The notes beneath the pieces were generated by a model. It had not been told where the DNA came from. It saw only the letters and a list, made by a program, of their open reading frames with translations, and did no database searches. From positions 41,994-105,993 of IMG/VR virus record IMGVR_UViG_3300031576_000008: DNA of 64,000 bases; one strand, written 5' to 3'. The DNA is from a virus. Each line of letters starts with the position of its first letter. The first letter of the stretch is position 1. This document shows positions 9,139 through 20,000 of this stretch, in pieces. The position numbers and the translations under genes were made by a program.

Positions 9139-9162
9139 CTCAGACTCCTTCTGGTTCCCGGG

Positions 9163-9200
9163 TTAAAAGAAAGGCCCGGCCCCCTTTCGAGGGCCGGGCC
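9163..9200 (-). terminator. intrinsic terminator
   Basis: GGCCCGGCCC stem followed by UUUCUUUU on the minus strand. Confidence 0.7.
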
Positions 9201-9221
9201 CCAACGATCCATTCCGAGGTG

Positions 9222-9962
9222 CTAGGCGCAGCCAGCCTCGACGCAGTGGTTCTCGTTGCAGTCACGGCAGAACTGGACCGGGTGCGACTCATTGTTGGAG
9301 TCGTACGACATGTCGCAGTCATTGCAATGGCTGTCATCATCCGGCTCGTCCTGACGAGAACGAACCGGGGACGGCACGGACGAGTACGAGTCGCAGCGGT
9401 GACCCTCGCGGATCGAAACCGCCAGACCGCACTTTCCGCAGGTCATGCCCGAACGGCGGGCGTTGACCGGCATCGGAGCATTGACGTTGCACTGGTGCGG
9501 AGCCATCGTCGCCACGGAAACACCGCACTTGCGGCAGTTCACGGCATTGACGACTCCCTTCCCATGGTGGATCACATTGACCACCGTGGGATGCTCAAGG
9601 GCATTCTTGATCGCGTTCGACTTCACGCGGTCCGCCGCCAGAATCAGCGGGTAGAACACCAACGAGCCCAGCTTGCGCCCGACCTTCCCGCCGGCGAAGA
9701 ACGGCCAGAAGATCGACTGGATGGCCAGCTGCTTGAGCCGGAGACCGCGCTTCGACCGCGCGACCTCCTTCATCTTGGCGTAGATCTCCACCTCGTCCTT
9801 CACCCCGGGGTACGAGGCCGCTTCCTTGGCGTCCTCCTTCCACCAGCGCGAGAGGAAGAGATAGACCACCGCCGACGCGCCCATGGCCCACAGGCCGAAG
9901 AGGAGCGCATTGTGGTGATCGATCACGAACGGCAGGGCCTGAAAAACCAAGAACTCCTTCAT
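9222..9962 (-). CDS. membrane protein with Cys-rich C-terminus
   Basis: Hydrophobic N-terminal segments; repeated CxKCG...HxC and CxDC motifs. Confidence 0.65.
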   Translation of the reverse strand: MKEFLVFQALPFVIDHHNALLFGLWAMGASAVVYLFLSRWWKEDAKEAASYPGVKDEVEIYAKMKEVARSKRGLRLKQLAIQSIFWPFFAGGKVGRKLGSLVFYPLILAADRVKSNAIKNALEHPTVVNVIHHGKGVVNAVNCRKCGVSVATMAPHQCNVNAPMPVNARRSGMTCGKCGLAVSIREGHRCDSYSSVPSPVRSRQDEPDDDSHCNDCDMSYDSNNESHPVQFCRDCNENHCVEAGCA

Positions 9963-10111
9963 GAGCCCTTTCTCCTTCCTTGAGTAAGAAACAGTCGTCG
10001 ACTACGGTGTCATGCAAGCATAGGGTACCCTCCAATCACACGCGCTTGGCGCGTTCCAATGGGAACCAGACTCATGAAGAAGAAGGAGTCTTCTTGAGCC
10101 GATGAGGTTCT

Positions 10112-10369
10112 CTACGCGGACTTCTGCTTCGCCTGCTCTTCGAAAGCACCGGCGAGTTTGCGCAGAAACTCCGGAAATGTCTCAGTCGTCGCCGAGACGG
10201 TCTGCGACACGGCATGGCCGCGACGCAGCTGCTCGATGTATGCCGTAGAGAGAAGTGTGACTACGTTCTTGAGGCCGAACTCAGCCGTGTAGGTGGTGAG
10301 GATCTTTTCGTTGACCGCCAAAAGGGAATCGTTGATCTCGCGCAAGGCCTTGTCTGCCTTCTCGTCCAT
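10112..10369 (-). CDS. hypothetical protein
   Basis: 85 aa; AGGAGG RBS. Confidence 0.6.
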   Translation of the reverse strand: MDEKADKALREINDSLLAVNEKILTTYTAEFGLKNVVTLLSTAYIEQLRRGHAVSQTVSATTETFPEFLRKLAGAFEEQAKQKSA

Positions 10370-10401
10370 GGCCGCCTCCTATCGGGACCTATTCATGTCC
10401 C

Positions 10402-12537
10402 CTAATTTTCATCGTCGTCGCTTTCATCATAATCGCCGCCGAGATCTTCTTCAACAGCGACGACGGGTGCCTTGTCATGGTCAGCCGCATTGCCATTGCC
10501 GTTGGTCGGCACAGGCACGGGCTTGTCCACAGGCTTGTCCACGGAAATGCCCAGCCGCTCCTTGATGCGGATGTTGGCGACATGCCGGCCGGCCTTCGCC
10601 TTCGAGATCCTGAGACGGTCGTGGATGAACTGGATGAGCTCCTTCTCGGGGAGGTGCTTGGCCTCCACGTAAACTTTCTGGACCTCTCCCTCTTCGCTGG
10701 CTTCCTCGGAATACGGAAAGAAGCGGAGCGACATCTTGTCGCGGATCATCTTGAAGGGCTTGCCGCCGTTGGGCTCGTCCGAATCGCGCAGCTCGAAGCT
10801 GATCTCCACGAACTTCTGGTCCAGAATCTCGTCCTTGCGGCGCTTGATGATCATGTGCGCGTTGCCCCAGTCGCCGATGACCGATGCGCCACGGATGGCC
10901 TGCAGGCCCTCGCGCTCCTGCCCCTCCTGAGGCTTGCCGTGGTGGTGCACAATGATGCTGGCGATGCAGCCGGCGTCCTGCGCAACCTTCTCAATCGTCG
11001 AGAGCACCTTGGCCATGTCGCCCTGTTTGTTCTCGTTCAGGAAGTGGAAGCGCGCCAGAGGATCGATGACCAGATACTTCGCGCCGACCTTCCTGACCGT
11101 GTTGGTCAAACTGACGACATGGTTGGGCTCTCCCAGATTGAGCCGCTTGTGGAAGAAGAAGAGATCGTGCTGGAGCTTGCAGTAATCCCCGCCACGGGAG
11201 ATCGACATGCGTTCGAGACGGCTCCGGAGCGACGACTTGTTGAGCTCGCTCTGGAGATAGAAGACCGATCCGGTAATCCCGACATTGAAGTGCTCAAGGA
11301 ATTTCCCGTTCGCGCCCGCCAAGAGTAGGATCAGGTCCTCGACCATCATCGACTTGCCCGCCTTGCCGGGGCCGGAGACGATCATCATGCCGCCCACGGG
11401 CAGCAGGTCCTCGATGGCGAACGTGACCATCGTGGCCTTGGACAGGTCATCGGCGGTCTCGTAGGGCAGGACGTCGCCATAGACTTCCTGACCGCGCGTC
11501 GACTCGATCTCGACCTGCAGCCGCGCGTTCTTCCAGTTCTGATCGAGATAGTGGTCGAGATTGCCCTTCTGAGCCTCGGTCTTGAGCGCCTTCTCCGAGA
11601 TGCCGAAGGCCGAGTTCTTGAAGATCGCGCAGTAGTCGTCGAACGAGAAGTTGGCCCTCAGGAGGTCCTTGGTGACCCGGAAGTCGACTTCAGAACGGTC
11701 GAGCTCGCCTTCGGGCGTGATCGCGTTCTTGGAGTAGATGCCGGCATGCTTGTAGCCGAACCAGATCGTGTTCTGCAGCTCGAGGTTCTGGATCTTGCGG
11801 ACCTTCTCCTCGATCGACAGGGAGCTCATGTCGACCTTCTTCTCCGGCTCGGACACGTTGAGCTCGCGGGGGTTGACGCCCTCAAACACGTAATCGATGT
11901 CGCTCGACCAGACCTCGCAGCGGAGCTCCTTGGTGAGGTCCTTCCAGTTCCTCGTGCCCGGCAGGCGCAGGAGCCGCCGGCAGTCGAACGTGTGGTCCGA
12001 GCCGACGTACTTCTTGATCAGGTGCTTCATCTCCCGCTCGGCCTGTTCGGCGGCCACGGGTGCGGCGGTCTTCAGGTAGACATGGCATCCATGTCCGCTG
12101 GAGATGACGAACGTGCCACGGATGTTGTGGATGTTGAGCACCTTCTGCCATTCGGGATGGTCGATGTCCAGCCACAGGCACGGCACGGACGAGACGTGCT
12201 CCTTCTTGCCGGGCATGTAATGGCCGTTTGCGTACCGGTCCATCCGGAAGCGCGGGGCCACGCCGTAGTAGATCTCGTAGCCCTTCTGGTTGTGGTCGGT
12301 CACCCAGTTGCCGAGCGCGCCTTCGAAGGACTTCTCGAGCGCCACGATTGGCGTAACCTCCATGTACCGCTCTTTCATGCCTTGGGGCGGCGGGCGCTTG
12401 CGGCCCGTCTTCTTCCCTTCGGAATAGTCCTCGGGCATGATCGCCCAGAACTCCACGAGCCAGTCCTCCGGCACGTCGCTGAAGAGGAACATGAGCATCG
12501 CCTGAGCGGACGAGAGCGGGTGCTTTTCCGGGAGCAT
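10402..12537 (-). CDS. primase-helicase (RepB-like AEP primase plus AAA_25/RepA-like helicase)
   Basis: LWLDID, SSGHGCHVY, RLLRLPGTRN; Walker A GPGKAGKS, Walker B LVIDP, IVHH, RGAS; start ATG 12537. Confidence 0.85.
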   Translation of the reverse strand: MLPEKHPLSSAQAMLMFLFSDVPEDWLVEFWAIMPEDYSEGKKTGRKRPPPQGMKERYMEVTPIVALEKSFEGALGNWVTDHNQKGYEIYYGVAPRFRMDRYANGHYMPGKKEHVSSVPCLWLDIDHPEWQKVLNIHNIRGTFVISSGHGCHVYLKTAAPVAAEQAEREMKHLIKKYVGSDHTFDCRRLLRLPGTRNWKDLTKELRCEVWSSDIDYVFEGVNPRELNVSEPEKKVDMSSLSIEEKVRKIQNLELQNTIWFGYKHAGIYSKNAITPEGELDRSEVDFRVTKDLLRANFSFDDYCAIFKNSAFGISEKALKTEAQKGNLDHYLDQNWKNARLQVEIESTRGQEVYGDVLPYETADDLSKATMVTFAIEDLLPVGGMMIVSGPGKAGKSMMVEDLILLLAGANGKFLEHFNVGITGSVFYLQSELNKSSLRSRLERMSISRGGDYCKLQHDLFFFHKRLNLGEPNHVVSLTNTVRKVGAKYLVIDPLARFHFLNENKQGDMAKVLSTIEKVAQDAGCIASIIVHHHGKPQEGQEREGLQAIRGASVIGDWGNAHMIIKRRKDEILDQKFVEISFELRDSDEPNGGKPFKMIRDKMSLRFFPYSEEASEEGEVQKVYVEAKHLPEKELIQFIHDRLRISKAKAGRHVANIRIKERLGISVDKPVDKPVPVPTNGNGNAADHDKAPVVAVEEDLGGDYDESDDDEN

Positions 12538-12563
12538 CAGATCTTCCTCCCCTTCCAGTTTGC

Positions 12564-13739
12564 CTAGATGCAATCCTTCGCAACGGTCATCGGCGCGTCG
12601 TTGTGCTCGAATTCGTCGGGACCCCAGTCTTCCATCGGGAGATCCATATCCGGCTTGCGGCCGACGCCATGGACCATCGTGAAGGCGGCTTCGATCGCCG
12701 AGCCCATCTTCGCGTTCTCCCAGATGATGTCGCTGCCCCACTTCGGCTTGTCGTAGTGCTGCGTGATGTAGGTGGCGCGCTGGTCGATGATGCCGTGGAC
12801 GCGGCGGTATTCCTTGACCCGCCGGCAGAGCCGGCGCGGCTTGCGGTTCGGGGCCTGATCGATGCGCTCCGACTTCTTGCCGCCGAGCAGAACGCCATAG
12901 GTGTACGCGAAGAAATGGCGGGCCCTGTCGCGGGCCTTGTAGATCAGCCTCTGGATCGCCCGGATCGGCACCGCGCGCAGGACCTCCCAGCGGAGATTCG
13001 AGTTCCAGTACTTCTGCTTGCCGTCGTAGTCGGGAATGAATGCACGAGTGCCGTTCTTGAGCCCGTTCTTGAGGATGTCGGAAACCTTGCGCACGTCACG
13101 GATGATGTTGAGCGGATCGTAGTAGTCGGGATACTTCAGGAACTCGTTCCGGCGCGAGACGCGCTTGGCGATGCCGGCCCAGAGCACCTTCTCGCCGGCC
13201 TCGGTGATCATCCAGCGATCAGAGTTTCCACCGAGCTTCGACTTCTTGGCCACGAGCCCGTCCTTCTCGGCGCGCTTGAGCATCCTCGCGACCGTCTCGC
13301 GCGGGAGCTTCGTCTCGATCACGATCTCCTTGACGGTCTCGAAGTTCGAGACGTAACGACCCATCTCGTTGTAGCGCGTCGGGAAAAACTGCTCGTCCGG
13401 ATCCACGATGGAGAGGTCGATATTGGTGTTGAAGTCGCTCGCCTCGAGCTGGTTGAACGGATAGACGTCGCTCGCATCGAGATCGTACGAGACCGGCCCG
13501 TTCTTCATGAACTGCGACTTCGACCGGTGCAGGCATCCGAACACGTGCAGCAGCTTGAGTGTCCAGCGGCTGCCATTGTTGTTGGAATGATTGAACGGCT
13601 GGTCGATCTTCCTGTCGACTTTCTTGGTCCACGACCGCCATTCGCGCTGTTGCTGTTTGAAAGGGTCGAGTTCCTTCTTCGAAGTCCGATGCCGCCTAGC
13701 TTTTGAGACGGCAGTACCCCCCTGCTTCACGAAAGGCAT
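12564..13739 (-). CDS. winged-helix DNA-binding protein (possible replication initiator or regulator)
   Basis: KEIVIETKLPRETVARMLKRAEKDGLV..WMITEAG wHTH pattern; basic; directly upstream of the primase-helicase. Confidence 0.6.
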   Translation of the reverse strand: MPFVKQGGTAVSKARRHRTSKKELDPFKQQQREWRSWTKKVDRKIDQPFNHSNNNGSRWTLKLLHVFGCLHRSKSQFMKNGPVSYDLDASDVYPFNQLEASDFNTNIDLSIVDPDEQFFPTRYNEMGRYVSNFETVKEIVIETKLPRETVARMLKRAEKDGLVAKKSKLGGNSDRWMITEAGEKVLWAGIAKRVSRRNEFLKYPDYYDPLNIIRDVRKVSDILKNGLKNGTRAFIPDYDGKQKYWNSNLRWEVLRAVPIRAIQRLIYKARDRARHFFAYTYGVLLGGKKSERIDQAPNRKPRRLCRRVKEYRRVHGIIDQRATYITQHYDKPKWGSDIIWENAKMGSAIEAAFTMVHGVGRKPDMDLPMEDWGPDEFEHNDAPMTVAKDCI

Positions 13740-13767
13740 TTCTCCCCCTAGCCGGCGTGAAAAACAA

Positions 13768-13889
13768 AAACCCCGCTACAGGACGGGTGCGCGGCGCAAT
13801 CAGTTACTGTCCGGGAGGATTCCCAGAAGCAAACGAATTGGTGCGCGTTTGAGGAAGGTTTACGCGCACCGCGCCCTGTAGCGGGGTTT
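13768..13889 (-). promoter_or_regulatory. long leader hairpin upstream of the wHTH gene
   Basis: 15-bp perfect IR AAACCCCGCTACAGG (13768-13782) / CCTGTAGCGGGGTTT (13875-13889), plus an inner GGTGCGCG/CGCGCACC stem. Confidence 0.65.
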
Positions 13890-13980
13890 CGCTTTTTCGG
13901 ACCTGCGTTGTCAGAGAGCATCGCTGCTCCTAAAAATCCAACCCCGACACAGAAACCGCCTGCGAACCTTCCTGACTTGA

Positions 13981-14009
13981 AGTCTATTCGACTGGTTATT
14001 TGGTGTCAA
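13981..14009 (-). promoter_or_regulatory. sigma70-type promoter
   Basis: TTGACA (14009-14004) - 17 nt - TAGACT (13986-13981). Confidence 0.7.
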
Positions 14010-14130
14010 GTAGAATTCGTCAAAAATGTTCGATTTTTTCGATTGGTCCCATGGCTGATGGGCCGCCAAACGCGCTAGCCGTTGGCCATCTCACGAGGTA
14101 CGTGAGGAAAACTACGCATCAATGGGTCTC

Positions 14131-14223
14131 TGTGACGTTAATTGAAGTGTAACTCCCCACTCCGTGGGGGTCTGGGGGATATAAGAGCTACGCAGGGGGA
14201 GTTACTCTTCAACTAACGTCACA
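14131..14223. repeat. 28-bp imperfect inverted repeat
   Basis: TGTGACGTTA a TTGAAG t GTAACTCCCC / GGGGAGTTAC t CTTCAA c TAACGTCACA; 26 of 28 positions complementary. Confidence 0.8.
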
Positions 14224-14289
14224 CCGGGTATCACCGACACATCGTACTCGTAGGACGTGAGACATTCTGGCCCCAGTCTCGTACTCATG

Positions 14290-16980
14290 CTATCTAGTAG
14301 CATGTTTAGGCAACCGATCGGTGTCTGGTGCATTCTCAAGATTGAAGCCTTCCTTTCGACAAGTCCTGACCCGGTCCATCGAGTGCCTGAATGTGTACTT
14401 TGACCCAGTGTCGATGAAGTCGTGGATCGTTGCCTCAGTCTTGCCGGGCGCGATTCGAAGCGCGCGGCCAATCCTCTGGAGCACCCTTACCGCAGACTTT
14501 CCACCAGCGGCGAGCACAACTACTTCCAATTCGGGGAGATCCACTCCTTCATCGAAGATGGGGGTGGCCACGATGACTTCCAGTGCACCCGACCTCATGT
14601 CCTTTCTGGCCTGACTGCGGATCATGCCGGAGTGCTTGCCAGTCAAGATCTTGCAGCGGACGTTCTCCCCGCGCAGGATCTCGGCCACGATCCGTGCGTG
14701 ACGGATGGTGTCGCAGATGATGAGGCAGCGCCGGCCGACGTCTACTTCGGACATGGTGATGGATACGACCTCGGCGTTGCGGTTGGGGTTCTCCTCGATG
14801 AGCATCCGCCGGGCGTCCATGTATGGCGTCCCCGGCGGCACGGACTCGTTCTCGACCTTGTGGTACATGACCTTGCACTTTGAGCTCCACCCGATCGCCT
14901 GCAGGTCCTTGGTCTTGACCTGATCGATGATCGGGCCGGTCGCGGCCTCAAGGCGCAGGTCCCGGACCGGATCGCCGGTCTCCGGGGTTCCCGTGAGTCC
15001 GATCCTGTAGAAGGCTGGAATCGCCTGCGTCACCTTGTACCACGTGGCTGCAGCACCCGTCCGGTGGGCCTCGTCGAGCATGATGACGTTGGCATCCTTG
15101 ACCAGATCACAGAAGTACCGGAGCTCGTCCTGCACAGTCTGGGGCATGATGATCACGAACTTCTGGTCGGGCTTGATGTCGTCCCAGCAGCCGTCTCCAA
15201 AGAGAGCAGCCTTCTGGCCGGTCCGGAGCTTGATGCGCTCCGAGGTCTGGTGCAGCAGGTCCTTCCGGTGGACGATCCAGATGCACTTTCCGGCGATGTG
15301 GGAAGCGATCGCGATGCCGACCTCGGTGTTATGGGTGACGAAATTCTCGACGAGGAAGCTGTGGGTATCCTCGATCTCGATGTCCCATGTCTGTTTGAGG
15401 CCGACGTTTCGAACCTCCTTCACGACATCCCAGCCGACCGAAGATTTCGCCATCGACAGTAGGAGATCGTCATCCAATGCGGTTCCAAGCTTCTCGGCCA
15501 ATCCACGGGACATGAGGGAGTCCGGCAGATAGGACATGCTCGTCTTGATGGGGGCGTTCCAAGCCGGCGAGGTGTCGCGCCCGATGCCATAAGGCCGCGA
15601 ACGCCATTTTGAGGCGTATTCCATCGTGCGCAGCGGGAGGCGGTCATGACCGCTGTTCTTTCTGGGAGCCAGCGCCATCTGCAAGGCGGCCGTCTTGCCT
15701 AGAGGAGGACAAGCGCTCAGGCCGGACACTGAGCGCCTGAGCGAGGCATCGAACTGGAATGCCAGTCGATCAGTAGTTTCTCCCTTATACGTGTACTTGA
15801 TGTGGCGTTCCCGCAGCTTCCCGAATACCCCAAAGCGTAGAAGGAGATCGCGGATGTCTTCAGCCAAGGACTTAGAAACGCTCGTGAAGCTGAAGTCCCC
15901 CCGAGGCATGGTGATTGATCCATCACAACCCAGATAGGCCGACAGAAGATCGGCCACTCGCGCTTTCGGCCAGCTGAAGATGCAGGACGGCACGAACTTT
16001 TCGTGCGCATTCTTGCCCAGCAGTCCATATCGTTCTAGAATCTCGACACAGGCAGGCCGGGGCCTGTGGGCACCTCCTCGAGGCCCCCTACGAACCCTGT
16101 AGTCGACCCTGTCGACGTAGACGAGTTCATCACCGAAGAATTTGACTACCCTCTTCAGCGTCTCCAAACGAGTTGCGTCGGCCACCGAGAATCGCAGAAG
16201 CGTGGAATTAGTGCCATTGCCATCGCCCAAATAGAATCCCAAAAGCAGGGCTTCCTCGCTGCTAGGTCCATCCTGATTGCCGTCGACTTCGATCTTGTCG
16301 GCCACGCCAACAAGCATGCCGGGCTTCAGGTCTTCTGCATGGGTCCATTCATCCGCGCCAGTCAGGAACGGATGGTCATGGGAGACGATGACCGAGTGCC
16401 CACGCTTCGTGATGACTTCGACACAATCCTTGAGTCCATTGCTGACCAAGGCCTTAACGGCGGAAGGCTTGAGATCGTGCGAGATTCTGTCATACCCAAA
16501 AACGCAGTCTCCCTGCTGCAGCTGCTCAATAGCTGTCCGCCGGCCATCGGAGGTCGTCAGCCTCATTCCGCTGGCGACGCATTTGCCGGCGTTCACGGCC
16601 AAGGCAAGGATCCCCCTAGCCTTGTCGAGCGCGATCTTGATCGCCTTCTCCTGATGATCGGCGAAGGTGATGTCCTTCAGGATCTTGGCGTTGTACTCCA
16701 CCGTCGGGGGCCGGACGCGCTCGTCGATGACCCGGGCGATTGGGATGATCTTCCTGATGCGAGTGAGCATGCCCGTCGGGAAGGTGCCACGGATGGGGTC
16801 CACGGGGTGCCAGCGGCCGTCCCAAAGCGGGCGGTGCCGGCGGGCGTATTCCGCTCCGGGAAATTCGACCGCTGTCGCCGTGTCGAGCTTGTAGAGCAGT
16901 TGCCGATCGCACTCGATCTTCGAGACGGCGTTCCCGACCCTGATGATGGGCTGTTCCATATGAGGTAATCTTCTCGGCAT
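14290..16980 (-). CDS. SF2 DEAH-box helicase (UvsW/XPB-like) with intein
   Basis: AVNAGK|T Walker A split by the intein; LDEAH, GLTGTP, FDEGVDLP, QRIGRALR. Confidence 0.9.
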   Translation of the reverse strand: MPRRLPHMEQPIIRVGNAVSKIECDRQLLYKLDTATAVEFPGAEYARRHRPLWDGRWHPVDPIRGTFPTGMLTRIRKIIPIARVIDERVRPPTVEYNAKILKDITFADHQEKAIKIALDKARGILALAVNAGKCVASGMRLTTSDGRRTAIEQLQQGDCVFGYDRISHDLKPSAVKALVSNGLKDCVEVITKRGHSVIVSHDHPFLTGADEWTHAEDLKPGMLVGVADKIEVDGNQDGPSSEEALLLGFYLGDGNGTNSTLLRFSVADATRLETLKRVVKFFGDELVYVDRVDYRVRRGPRGGAHRPRPACVEILERYGLLGKNAHEKFVPSCIFSWPKARVADLLSAYLGCDGSITMPRGDFSFTSVSKSLAEDIRDLLLRFGVFGKLRERHIKYTYKGETTDRLAFQFDASLRRSVSGLSACPPLGKTAALQMALAPRKNSGHDRLPLRTMEYASKWRSRPYGIGRDTSPAWNAPIKTSMSYLPDSLMSRGLAEKLGTALDDDLLLSMAKSSVGWDVVKEVRNVGLKQTWDIEIEDTHSFLVENFVTHNTEVGIAIASHIAGKCIWIVHRKDLLHQTSERIKLRTGQKAALFGDGCWDDIKPDQKFVIIMPQTVQDELRYFCDLVKDANVIMLDEAHRTGAAATWYKVTQAIPAFYRIGLTGTPETGDPVRDLRLEAATGPIIDQVKTKDLQAIGWSSKCKVMYHKVENESVPPGTPYMDARRMLIEENPNRNAEVVSITMSEVDVGRRCLIICDTIRHARIVAEILRGENVRCKILTGKHSGMIRSQARKDMRSGALEVIVATPIFDEGVDLPELEVVVLAAGGKSAVRVLQRIGRALRIAPGKTEATIHDFIDTGSKYTFRHSMDRVRTCRKEGFNLENAPDTDRLPKHATR
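15328..16581 (-). mobile_element. intein with LAGLIDADG endonuclease (418 aa)
   Basis: Starts CVASG after GK, ends VTHN before T; SHDHPF block B; LLGFYLGDG and LSAYLGCDG; WDIEIE block F. Confidence 0.92.
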
Positions 16981-17031
16981 TCTGCAGGAATTTCATGAAA
17001 TTCCTCTGCAGTCCGGAGAAGAGTACCTTCC

Positions 17032-20000
17032 ATGGGAAACTACGGCATTTTGCACGCTCACTCCGAATACAGCGTCCGCGACTCGCTCATCCGCGCCGAA
17101 GACCTGCCTGTATTGGCCAAGTCGAAGGGCTGGGATGCCTGCGCCCTGACCGACCACGGCGGCATCGAGGGCTTGTACACCTTCTCCAAGGCCTGCCGTG
17201 CGAACGGCGTGAAGCCAATCCTTGGCTGTGAGTTCTACGTCGGATGCTCCGACTCCGACAGGGCCCATCACCTGACGGTGCTGGCTAAGAACGTCCGGGG
17301 CTTCACGTCGATGACGGAGCTCCTGTCGATCGCCCACCGCGATCATTACAACGGCAGGAGGCACCGCGCCGACATCCCCATCGACATGATCCTCGAGAAG
17401 CTGACCGACTGCGTCATCCTCTCAGGCTGCTTCTCGAGCCCGTTCTGGAGGGCGTCGGACAAGTCGATGGACGAACTCGTGGCGTTCGTCGACAGGTTCG
17501 GCGACGACTTCTACTTCGAATTTCAGGGTCTCTGGGATTGGCATGAGCAGGTTGATCTTAATTCGCTCGTCATCACCATGTCACGCGAGCTCGGCCGGCC
17601 GCTCGTGGTCACCCCCGATTGTCATTTTGCGACTCCCGACGAATCGCGCTTCCATGAGGCTCTGCTCGCCGTGGCATCCCGCGCTCCTGTCGGTAGCCCC
17701 AAGGCATGGAGGTTCTCGACGCATCTCAACTACGTCCTGACGCCGGAAGAAAGCGTCGCTGGCCTCGTCAAGGCGGGCGTGCCCGAATCAGATGCAAGGA
17801 AGGCGCTGGAGGAGACCGGGAAGATCGCCGCCAAGATCTCCGACTGGTCGTGGGACGACCTGCCTATGCCGAGGATCCCCGACGTCGGCGGCGACATGAA
17901 GAAGCTCGTCTGGGATGGCCTGACGGCCAAGGGGCTCGACCAGACCGATGAATACAAGACCCGGCTCACCGACGAGCTCGACTGCTTCACCAAGGCCGGC
18001 CTCGATCGCTACCTGCTCCTCGTTAGGCATTGCCTGAATCTCTTCCGCAACAATGGAGCCGAGATCGGGCCGCGCGGATCGGTCGGTGGCAGCCTCGTCG
18101 CCTACTGTCTCGGCATCACCAATCTTGATCCGGTCAAGCACGGGCTCATCTGGCAGCGCTTCTACTTCCCCGGCCGCAAGGGCTGGCCGGACGTCGACAT
18201 CGACGTCGACACCCATTTCCGCGAGCGGGTGCCCGAAGTGCTCAGGAAGGAGTTCGGGGATGACCGAGTCGCCCAGATCTCGAACTTCGGTACGTTCGGG
18301 CTCCGGCAGGCGATCAACGACGCCGCCAAGGCCTACGGCATGAAGGTCGATAATCCGCTGTCGGAGTTCGAGCTCCGGGATCTCATCAAGGCGCATGAAG
18401 GCGACGAGGACAAGGTCCCCATCGAGGAGCTCAGGACTTGGCAGGCTCTCCGCGCCAAGAGCCCCGATGCATCCGAGTTCGCCAAGAAGCTCCGGGGCCG
18501 CATGCGCCAGTTCGGTGCCCACGCTGGCGGATTCGTCATCGCCGCCGACAGCCTCCTGTGCGGACGCGGCGCGGTCGTCACGCGCGGCAAGGACAAGGCG
18601 CTCGTCTGGGACATGGGGACCGCCGATGCGCTCGGTTTCGTGAAATTCGACTTCCTCGGGCTCGATTCGCTGGCGGCCATCCGCGAACTCGGACGCTCGA
18701 TCGACATCAAATGGGATGAAGTGCCGCTCGACGATCCGGCGGTCTACACCGATATCTCCGAGGGGCGCACCGCCGCCGTTCCCCAGTTCCTGACGAGCGG
18801 ACTCAGGAGTTTCGCAGAGCGGCTACAGCCCGACAAGTTCGAGGATCTCGTCTGGGCCAACGCCGCGTTCCGGCCGGGCGCGCTCGGGCAGTTCTCCCCG
18901 CAGGAGCTCGCCGAGCGCTACCACGAGAACCCCGACAGCCTGATCGTCTATCAGGAAGACATCATGGCCATCTGCGTCTACATGGCCGGCTTCTCGTGGA
19001 AGGAGGCCGACGGCGTGCGCAAGGTGGTCGCCAAGAAGGAGGGCAGGGACGAGTGGAAGAAGCTCGCCCCCAAGTTTGCCGAAGGATGCGTCAAGCAGGA
19101 CTCCATGACCTACGAGGAGGCGATCATCCTCTGGTCGAGCCTCGAAGAGTTCACAAGGTACGCGTTCAACAAGGCGCATTCGGCCGCCTACAGCTGGAAC
19201 GCCTATCGCATCGCATGGGCCAAGCGCCGCCATCCGATCCACACGTTCGCGGCGCTTCTCAATTCGAGCAAGGAGGAGAAGATTCCGCGCATTCTCGAAG
19301 AAGCCGAGGACAGCTTCGGGCTCAAGCTCCTGCCGCCGGACGCCAACAAGTCCGGGCTGGTATGGATGATCGAGGGGGACGCAATCCGGGCTCCGCTCAA
19401 TCAGTCGGAGCTGATCGACCTGCGCATCACCAAGGCGATCATGAAGCGCCGGGAGTCGGGTCCTTTCGTCTCCAAGAACGACTTCATCACCCGGATGAGT
19501 ACGATCAAGTACCACCCGCAGGTCGTGGACATCCTCTTCGACGGGCGCGGCTTCGCGGCCCATTTCGCGCTGCCGCTCGTCGATCCGAGGATCATCGTCT
19601 CCAAGGACTACATCGAGACGATCCGCTCCTGCATGCAGTGCGATCTCCGGGGCACCTGCCGTCAGGTCGTTCCTCCCGATCTCGGGAAGACGAATGTCCT
19701 CATCGTCGGAGAGGCTCCCGGCAAGGATGAGGACCGCCGGGGCAAGCCGTTCGTGGGCCCATCGGGCCAGCTTCTTTTCAAGCTTCTCGAGGAGAACGGC
19801 ATCAAGCGCACCGATGTGACGGTGACCAATGCCTGCCACTGCAAGCCGCCGTTCGTGCCCGACGAGGATGCCGACGCGTCCGAGCGCCGCTCCCGCAACG
19901 AGGCGCTCATGCTCGACTGCCCGTGGGTCTTCAAGGAGATCGAGCTCATGAAGCCGCCGCTCATCCTCGCCGTCGGGGCCAAGGCGTGGAAGAAGCTCGG

